This document shows positions 57,769 to 64,000 of a DNA stretch of 64,000 nucleotides, in pieces. The position numbers and the translations under genes were made by a program. Source of the stretch: Candidatus Bathyarchaeota archaeon (GTDB taxonomy: Archaea > Thermoproteota > Bathyarchaeia > 40CM-2-53-6 > DTDX01); the NCBI GenBank assembly GCA_018396775.1, contig JAGTRF010000007.1, positions 22,179-86,178 on the forward strand. The letters are read 5' to 3'. Below the pieces are notes generated by a model. The model did not search any database and was not told the DNA's origin. It was given only the letters and a program-made list of their open reading frames with translations. Positions within the stretch are counted from its first letter, which is position 1, and every line of letters begins with the position of its first letter.

Positions 57769-58450
57769 TCATTTACTATAACTGTATTTTTCGCCTATCC
57801 TTAATATAATTGTTTTTATTTTATATTTTCGTAGCTTTACTTCCCGTTCCACAAGATTCGGATTTTCTAATGAAAAGCTCCAAAGATCCCAATGCATTGG
57901 AATTAAAATTTTTGCGCCAAGATCTCTAGCTATTTGAACCACTTCACCTGGGTTGTTATAAATTTTTTGTCCAGGGGGATGTTTCCTAAACTTATAAGAG
58001 CGATATCCACTTCATATTTTCTTCCCACCTCATAGTATCCTTCAAAGAACAGCGAATCACCTGAATGAAACACTTTCACTCCATCCACTTCTAAAATATA
58101 TGTGTTTGCAGTTTTTGGAATAGGATCATAAGATGGAAGCGCAATAACTTTAATGTCTTTAACTTTTGTTTCTTCATATTCTTTAAGGGTAACTATCCTT
58201 TCTTCATTTATTCCCCAACTTTTTAAGAGCTCAGAAACACTAGGTGATCCAATAAATAAACATTTTGTATTTTTACTTACTGAAAAAACGAAGTCTTCAT
58301 TTAAATGGTCTAAATCTTCATGTGTAATTATAGTTGCATCAATTTTTTTACATGAAGTGCTACGAAAAATGGAAAAAGATATATGAGTACGCTCTTAAAC
58401 TAGTTGAAGCTGATTTAGTAAAACCTATGTGGAGTCCACCCACGTATTAA
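57769..58450 (-). pseudogene. degraded MBL-fold metal-dependent hydrolase (UlaG/COG2220-like)
   Basis: The minus-strand translation gives KIDATIITHEDLDHL...VKVFHSGDSLFFEGYYEVGRKYEVDIALISLGNIP. It then needs a 1-nt frame shift at the G5 run (57974-57978) to continue GQKIYNNPGEVVQIARDLGAKILIPMHWD...stop at 57769-57771. The N-terminal part (NTWVDST*VLLNQLQLV*) carries in-frame TAG (58425-58427) and TAA (58395-58397). Confidence 0.6.
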
Positions 58451-58672
58451 ATACAGAATTCTAAATTGGAAATTAGCGAAAACTTTTTAAATTATTTCAT
58501 ATCATTCCACTAAAAACTCATATCTTTTATATTTCCCCAGAATTACATGATAAGAACGATAATCCCCCTCGTCTGGAAGATAAGCTTTTTTAAGAAAAAT
58601 TTTAATATTCATTGATTCAATAATCATATTGTTTATTCAAATAGAAAAGCATATGTAAAAAAGGGGAAAAAA

Positions 58673-59680
58673 ATGATTAAGGAAATAAGCGTTTCACCTA
58701 AAGATTATTTAAAGCTTGGTTTAAGCAAAGATAAGCTTGTTTTAATGCTTAAAAAAATGATGGAGATAAGGTTTTTTGAGGAGAAGGTTGAAGAACTTTA
58801 TTTAATGAAGGGTTTGATAACTGGGCCCGCGCATCTTTATTTCGGTGAGGAAGCTGTAGCGGTGGGTGTGGCTTCAGCTTTAAAGGAAGGTGATTTAATT
58901 ATAAGCAATCATAGGGGGCATGGGCATGCTTTAGCTAAAGATATACCTATGAAGGAGGTTATGGCAGAGCTGTTTGGTAAAGCTACAGGAACATGTAAAG
59001 GTTTAGGCGGTTCGATGCATGTTGCTATATCGCCTGAAAGGGGAAGCCTTTTCGCTTCAGCTATAGTGGGAAGCGGGATTCCAATAGCTGTAGGCGTAGC
59101 TTTAGCTTTTAAATATGAAAAATCTGATAGGGTTATAGCTGTGTTTTTTGGGGATGGCGCTGTTAACACTGGAGCTTTTCATGAAGCTGTAAACATGGCT
59201 GCTATTTGGAATCTTCCTGTAATACTTGTTTGCGAAAATAACATGTATGCTATAGGAATGAAAGCTGAGAAAGCTGTAGCTTTAAAGAATCTTGCTGAAA
59301 GAGCTTTAGGTTATGGTATACCAGGCGTAATAGTTGATGGAAATAACCCTATAGCTGTATGGTTAGCAACGAAGGAAGTTGTTGAAAAAGCTAGAAAAGG
59401 CTGTGGCCCAACTTTTCTTGAATGCAAAACCTATAGGCTTAAAGGTCATGGAATTTATGATCAAGCTAGATATAGGTTAAGGGATGAAGTTGAAGCTTGG
59501 CTTAAAAAAGATCCAATTATCAACTTTAAGAAAAACCTTATTGGGCTTAATGTTTTATCTGAGTCTGATGTGAAAGCTATAGAGGAGGAAATTAAAAGTG
59601 AATTAGAGGAGGCTGTAGCTTTCGCTCAAAATAGCCCGATTCTCCCATTTGAAGAATTAAAAAATTATGTTTATGCTTGA
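58673..59680 (+). CDS. 2-oxoacid (pyruvate/branched-chain) dehydrogenase E1 alpha subunit
   Basis: 335 aa. TPP-binding GDGAVNTGAFHEAVNMAAIWNLPVILVCENNMYA, HRGHGHA, and the E1alpha YRLKGHG loop. Confidence 0.9.
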   Translation: MIKEISVSPKDYLKLGLSKDKLVLMLKKMMEIRFFEEKVEELYLMKGLITGPAHLYFGEEAVAVGVASALKEGDLIISNHRGHGHALAKDIPMKEVMAELFGKATGTCKGLGGSMHVAISPERGSLFASAIVGSGIPIAVGVALAFKYEKSDRVIAVFFGDGAVNTGAFHEAVNMAAIWNLPVILVCENNMYAIGMKAEKAVALKNLAERALGYGIPGVIVDGNNPIAVWLATKEVVEKARKGCGPTFLECKTYRLKGHGIYDQARYRLRDEVEAWLKKDPIINFKKNLIGLNVLSESDVKAIEEEIKSELEEAVAFAQNSPILPFEELKNYVYA

Positions 59681-59703
59681 ATGAAAAATGGAGTTGAAAA
59701 AGC

Positions 59704-60681
59704 TTGAGAGAGTTAACTTATGGTGAAGCTATAAGAGAAGCTTTAAGAAATGCTTTAATTAAAAACCCTAAGGTTTTTCTTATAGGTGAAGATATAGGAG
59801 CTTATGGTGGGGCTTTCAAAATTACTAACAGCTTTCTTGAAGAGTTTGGGGCTGAAAGAGTGAAAGACACACCTATATCTGAAGCAGCCATCGTTGGAGC
59901 TGCTATCGGCGCAGCTTTAATGGGTTTAAAACCTATCGCTGAAATAATGTATATGGATTTTATTCCTATTTGCTTAGAGCAGTTAGCTAATCAAGCTGCT
60001 AAAATAAGGTTTATGAGCGGGGGAAAACTTAAGGTTCCAATAATTGTTAGAACTCAATATAGCCTTGGAAGAGCTCATGGAGCTCAGCATTCGCAATTTA
60101 TTCCATCCTGGTTTCTTCAAGTTCCAGGTTTAAAGGTTGCTCTTCCATCAACTCCATATGATGCTAAAGGCTTATTTAATCAAGCTTTAAAAGATGATAA
60201 CCCTGTGCTTTATGTTGAATGCAGCCTCCTTTATAGAGTTAAAGGTCCAGTTCCTGAAGAAGATTACACTATACCTTTCGGAAAAGCTGATGTAAAAAAA
60301 GAGGGAGAAGATGTTACGGTTGTGGCTATTTCAAGAATGGTTCATGAAGCTTTAGCTGCAGCTAACATTCTTGAAGAAAAGGGGTTAAGCATAGAAGTTA
60401 TTGATCCAAGAACAATTCAACCATTAGATATAGAGGCTATAATTGATTCAGTTAAGAAAACAGGTAGAGTTATAATAGCTGAGGATGATTGTAAGACGGG
60501 GGGAGTAGGCGCTGAAATAGCTGCTTTAATAGTGGAAAAAGCTTTTGATTATCTTGATGCTCCAATAACTCGAGTAGCTGCACCAGATATTCCTATTCCT
60601 TTTTCACCTAAACTTGAATTAGAGTATATGCCTAATAAAGATAAAATAATTCAAGCTGTAAACTCGCTTTTAAAAGGTTGA
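59704..60681 (+). CDS. 2-oxoacid dehydrogenase E1 beta subunit
   Basis: 325 aa. LTYGEAIREAL...VFLIGEDIGAYGGAFKIT...RVKDTPISEAAIVG and the transketolase C-terminal domain. TTG start with GGAG upstream. Confidence 0.9.
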   Translation: MRELTYGEAIREALRNALIKNPKVFLIGEDIGAYGGAFKITNSFLEEFGAERVKDTPISEAAIVGAAIGAALMGLKPIAEIMYMDFIPICLEQLANQAAKIRFMSGGKLKVPIIVRTQYSLGRAHGAQHSQFIPSWFLQVPGLKVALPSTPYDAKGLFNQALKDDNPVLYVECSLLYRVKGPVPEEDYTIPFGKADVKKEGEDVTVVAISRMVHEALAAANILEEKGLSIEVIDPRTIQPLDIEAIIDSVKKTGRVIIAEDDCKTGGVGAEIAALIVEKAFDYLDAPITRVAAPDIPIPFSPKLELEYMPNKDKIIQAVNSLLKG

Positions 60682-60687
60682 GGTAAA

Positions 60688-61869
60688 ATGCATCAAGTTA
60701 TAATTCCAAGGTTTGATCCAGCTATGAAAACTGGAAGAATAATTAAATGGTTAAAGAATGAAGGTGAAGCTGTAAATAAAGGAGAACCAATAGTGGTTGT
60801 TGAAGGAGAAAAAACAGTTTTTGAAGTTGAAGCACCTGAAAAAGGTTTTTTAAGAAAAATTTTTTACCCTACCGGTTCTGAAATTGAAGTTTTAAAGCCT
60901 ATAGCTTTAATCGGCGAGCTTAATGAAAATGTTCCTCAAGAGTTAATTGAGAAAGCTGAAGTTGTTGAAACTGAAAAGCTTAAAGAAGAAAAGCCTTTTA
61001 TAAAACATGTTAAAGCCAGCCCATTAGCTAAAAAGCTTGCTGAAGAGTATGGAGTAAATTTAGAAGAAATAGAAGGAACTGGACCTGATGGAAGAATAAC
61101 TAAAGAAGATGTTTTAAATGCGGTTAAAAAAGTTTCTTTAACAATTAAACCCTCTTTAACTGAAGCTTCTGTCACCGGTTTAAAGCCTCCTTTAATAGCT
61201 AAAATTATTCCATTATCTAGAACAAGAAAAACAATTGCTGAAAGATTGCTTTACAGCCTTCATGAAGCAGCTTCAACAACAATAATTACCTCAGTTAATT
61301 TAGAAAACCTTATTGAATATAGAGAGAAAATTAAAGCTTCTTTAGGTGAAGTTAGCTTAACAGCTTTTATAGTTAAAGCTGCAGCTAAAGCTTTAGAAAC
61401 GCATCCAATATTTAACTCAACCTTAGAGAAAGATGAAATTAAAATTTTTGAGGAAATAAATATAGCTTTAGCAATTAATACAGAAGATGGATTAGTTACA
61501 CCAGTTATTAAAAACTCAAATAAAAAATCTATAATAGAAATTTCAAATGCTATTAAAGAGCTTACAAATAAAGCTTTTCAACGTAAATTATCGATTGAAG
61601 ATCTTACAGGTGGAACATTTACAATTACAAATCTAGGTGCTTATGACGTGGAAATCTTTATTCCAATAATTAATCCACCTCAAACAGCTATATTAGGAGT
61701 TGGAAAAATAGAAAATAAGCCTATACCAGTAAATGGAGATAAAATATTAATTAAGCCAATAGCTGTTTTAACACTTGTATTTGATCATAGAGTGGTGGAC
61801 GGTGTTCCAGCTGCGAAATTCCTTCAAGAAATAAAGCGTTTACTTGAAAATCCAACCGAGCTTTCCTAA
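60688..61869 (+). CDS. dihydrolipoamide acyltransferase (E2) component
   Basis: 393 aa. Lipoyl domain (VVVEGEKTVFEVEAP), E3/E1-binding domain (ASPLAKKLAEEYGVNLEEIEGTGPDGRITKEDV) and catalytic domain with DHRVVDG. Confidence 0.9.
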   Translation: MHQVIIPRFDPAMKTGRIIKWLKNEGEAVNKGEPIVVVEGEKTVFEVEAPEKGFLRKIFYPTGSEIEVLKPIALIGELNENVPQELIEKAEVVETEKLKEEKPFIKHVKASPLAKKLAEEYGVNLEEIEGTGPDGRITKEDVLNAVKKVSLTIKPSLTEASVTGLKPPLIAKIIPLSRTRKTIAERLLYSLHEAASTTIITSVNLENLIEYREKIKASLGEVSLTAFIVKAAAKALETHPIFNSTLEKDEIKIFEEINIALAINTEDGLVTPVIKNSNKKSIIEISNAIKELTNKAFQRKLSIEDLTGGTFTITNLGAYDVEIFIPIINPPQTAILGVGKIENKPIPVNGDKILIKPIAVLTLVFDHRVVDGVPAAKFLQEIKRLLENPTELS

Positions 61870-61961
61870 TTTTATTTAATTATTCAATAAAATTCACAGT
61901 TATTTTTAAAGCATAAACTTTAAATTGATTGAAGCGTTAAACAATCCTTAGGGGATAAGGT

Positions 61962-62768
61962 TTGTGGAATATTTTATTTCAAATAGGTTTGCTAGATGTT
62001 TTCTTAGGTTTAATCGCCTTCATAATATTGGTTTCAATTTTATCTTCAGCTATTAAAGTTGTTAGAGAATATGAAAGAGGTGTAATTTTCAGGCTTGGTA
62101 GATTAATAGGTGCTAAAGGGCCTGGGCTTTTCCTTATTATTCCAATAGTTGATAAATTCATTAAGATTGATCTTAGAGTTGTAGCTTTTGATGTTCCAAA
62201 ACAAAGAGTAATAACTAAAGATAATGTTAGCGTTGATGTTGATGCAGCTGTTTATTATAGAGTTTTCGACCCAGCTAAAGCAGTTGTTCAAGTTGAAGAT
62301 TACTATAGAGCAACCAATCTTTTAGCTCAAACAACTCTTAGAGATGTTTTAGGACAAGTGGAGCTTGATGAATTATTAACTAAAAGAGAAGAGTTAAGCA
62401 AGAAGGTTGGTGAAATTCTAGATGCTTACACAGATCCATGGGGGATAAAAGTTGTGGCTGTAGCTATAAAAGATGTTAGCATGCCTGAAACTATGCTTAG
62501 AGCTATAGCTAAGCAAGCTGAAGCTGAAAGAGAAAAAAGATCTAGAATAATTGTAGCTGAAGGCGAGTATATAGCAGCTGAAAAAATTGCTGCAGCAGCT
62601 AAACGTTATATGGAAAGCCCGCTTGCATTAAGATTAAGAGAGCTTCAAACTTTAACTGAAATAGCTAGAGAGAAAAATTTAGTTGTTGTAACAACAACTA
62701 CAGAAGCAACTGATTTAGGTAAATTAACAGCGATGGTTAAAGCGTTTCAGGAGAAAGAAACTAAGTGA
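61962..62768 (+). CDS. SPFH/stomatin-family protein
   Basis: 268 aa. N-terminal TM, SPFH core (VVREYERGVIFRLGR...ITKDNVSVDVDAAVYYRV) and a coiled-coil AEAEREKR tail. Confidence 0.9.
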   Translation: MWNILFQIGLLDVFLGLIAFIILVSILSSAIKVVREYERGVIFRLGRLIGAKGPGLFLIIPIVDKFIKIDLRVVAFDVPKQRVITKDNVSVDVDAAVYYRVFDPAKAVVQVEDYYRATNLLAQTTLRDVLGQVELDELLTKREELSKKVGEILDAYTDPWGIKVVAVAIKDVSMPETMLRAIAKQAEAEREKRSRIIVAEGEYIAAEKIAAAAKRYMESPLALRLRELQTLTEIAREKNLVVVTTTTEATDLGKLTAMVKAFQEKETK

Positions 62769-64000
62769 AAAAACCGTTTACCTTTTTATTATTTATATTA
62801 ATCGCTTTAACTCAATTAAGCTTAACTTTCAGTTTTAAAGCTAACCAAATCACTATTATTAAGCTTGAAGATGCTATAACTCCAGCCACTAAAGAGTTTA
62901 TTCAAGAAGCTTATGATTTTAGCTTAAGCAGTAATGCTCAAGCAATAATTATTTTGCTTAATACGCCTGGCGGTCAATTAGATGCTACAATGAAAATAAT
63001 TGAGATTATGGATAGATCTGAAATTCCATGGATTGTTTATGTTTATCCTGAAGGAAGCAAAGCTTGGTCAGCTGGCGCATTTATTTTAATAGCTTCTCAT
63101 ATAGCTGTTATGGCGCCTTACACAATTGTTGGCTCAGCTCAACCAGTTTCATATACGCCTTTTGAAGGTTCAACCCCAATAGAAGATGAGAAAATTATTA
63201 ATGCTTTATCAGCTTTTATAGCTGAAGAAGCTAGAATGTATAATAGAAATGCGACTGCAGCTGAACTTTTTATTAGAAAAAACCTGAATTTAAATGCTGA
63301 TGAAGCTTTAAAATTTAAAGTTATAGATGCTATAGCCTCTGATATAAATGAGCTTTTAAAAATTTTAAATGGTAAAACCATTAAAACAACCAGAGGCTTA
63401 ATTACTTTAAAAACTGAAGATGCTGTTTTAATTGAGTTTTCCCCAAGCATTAAAGTAACATTTTTATCAACAGTTTCAAACCCTCTTCTCGCTTACATTC
63501 TCTTTACTTTAGGGCTTTATGGTTTAATTTTTGGTTTAGTAAGCCCAGGTTATGGCGCTGAATTAGCTGGAGGAATCGCTTTAATATTAGGTTTAATAGG
63601 TTTAGGGTTTAATGTTGATTTAGCCTCGTTAATTTTAATTGGTTTAGGTGTAATTTTAATGTTGATTGAAGCTCATACACCTGGGTTTGGTGTTTTAGGA
63701 GGCGCTGGGTTGATATGCTTAATTATTGGAGGGTTGCTTTTAATTCCATTTAGAAGCGGTGAATGGTTGATTTCATCAGCTTGGTATCAAAGCTTTATAG
63801 CAGCAGCGTTGCTTTTTGCAGCTTTTACAGGTGGATTCATGATTTTCTCAGTTTATAAAGTTTTAAAAGCTAAGCGAATGAAACCTTTAATAGGCGAGTT
63901 TATAGGGGAAGCAGTGGATGTAATAGAGGATTTAACACCTGAAAAAACAGGTTTTGTAATTTATAAAGGCGAATACTGGCGAGCTAAATCTAAAATCTTT
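62765..64000 (+). CDS. NfeD-type membrane-bound serine protease (stomatin operon partner), 3' end off window
   Basis: Not in the track because there is no stop in the window. GTG at 62765 overlaps the stomatin stop (GTGA), and the frame is open for 412 codons to the window edge. ClpP-class N-domain (IIILLNTPGGQLDAT...AWSAGAFILIAS), several TM helices, and the beginning of the C-terminal OB/NfeD domain (GFVIYKGEYWRAKS). Confidence 0.85.
   Translation, partial: MKKPFTFLLFILIALTQLSLTFSFKANQITIIKLEDAITPATKEFIQEAYDFSLSSNAQAIIILLNTPGGQLDATMKIIEIMDRSEIPWIVYVYPEGSKAWSAGAFILIASHIAVMAPYTIVGSAQPVSYTPFEGSTPIEDEKIINALSAFIAEEARMYNRNATAAELFIRKNLNLNADEALKFKVIDAIASDINELLKILNGKTIKTTRGLITLKTEDAVLIEFSPSIKVTFLSTVSNPLLAYILFTLGLYGLIFGLVSPGYGAELAGGIALILGLIGLGFNVDLASLILIGLGVILMLIEAHTPGFGVLGGAGLICLIIGGLLLIPFRSGEWLISSAWYQSFIAAALLFAAFTGGFMIFSVYKVLKAKRMKPLIGEFIGEAVDVIEDLTPEKTGFVIYKGEYWRAKSKIF

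Noticed and set aside
58153-58386. 77-aa plus-strand ORF in the decay patch
   Set aside because: It is the antisense shadow of the best-preserved part of the MBL-fold pseudogene (ITHEDLDH...), so it is not an independent gene.
881-62291. Remaining 60-90-aa track ORFs overlapping larger genes. Starts: 881, 1765, 4641, 5331, 6713, 7282, 10745, 12286, 12983, 13464, 16630, 17613, 19569, 21245, 21689, 25855, 29049, 30204, 31644, 35443, 38087, 41162, 49296, 58909, 60936, 61979 and 62103.
   Set aside because: All are nested in or antisense to genes with clear family signatures. None has a recognisable motif or an independent SD.

Overview
AT-rich archaeal chromosomal segment. Archaeal identity is supported by r-proteins L7Ae/S28e/L24e/S6e/S24e/S27ae, aIF5B, ether-lipid genes (DGGGP synthase, geranylgeranyl reductase), split GMP synthase and a NurA-HerA-Mre11-Rad50 operon. 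A TackOD1-like zinc-ribbon protein and a V4R protein hint at a TACK-type lineage. The window is densely coding (about 60 CDS and one tRNA-Gly(UCC)) and mostly housekeeping. It carries argH (partial), gltX, cysS and a complete DapL-type lysine operon (dapA-dapB-lysA-dapF-dapL). It also carries GTP-PEPCK, a membrane H+-PPase, thyX, topA, deoxyhypusine synthase, an Opp/Dpp-type ABC importer, a 2-oxoacid dehydrogenase E1a/E1b/E2 operon and a stomatin/NfeD pair. I see no rRNA, CRISPR array, transposase/integrase or recognisable defence island. Shine-Dalgarno-led genes, 4-8 nt start/stop overlaps and TTG starts are frequent. Five items stand out. (1) An unannotated 25-codon ORF at 39860-39937(-) encodes MVKKIKV + 3x RDGMPF. 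Its repeat units differ only at synonymous sites, and it sits just upstream of a V4R-domain gene. (2) Divergent from it is a threonine-synthase homologue whose PLP Schiff-base lysine is replaced by Leu (SFLDRG). It carries a C-terminal PadR-like wHTH, so it may be a pseudoenzyme-type regulator. (3) An AN1 zinc finger is fused to an S2P/M50 intramembrane protease. (4) An 83-nt perfect identity links the 3' ends of the two Opp ATPase paralogues. (5) A roughly 1.6 kb gene-decay patch contains an MBL-fold pseudogene. All functional calls come from motif recognition by eye; no searches were run, so novelty cannot be asserted, only flagged.
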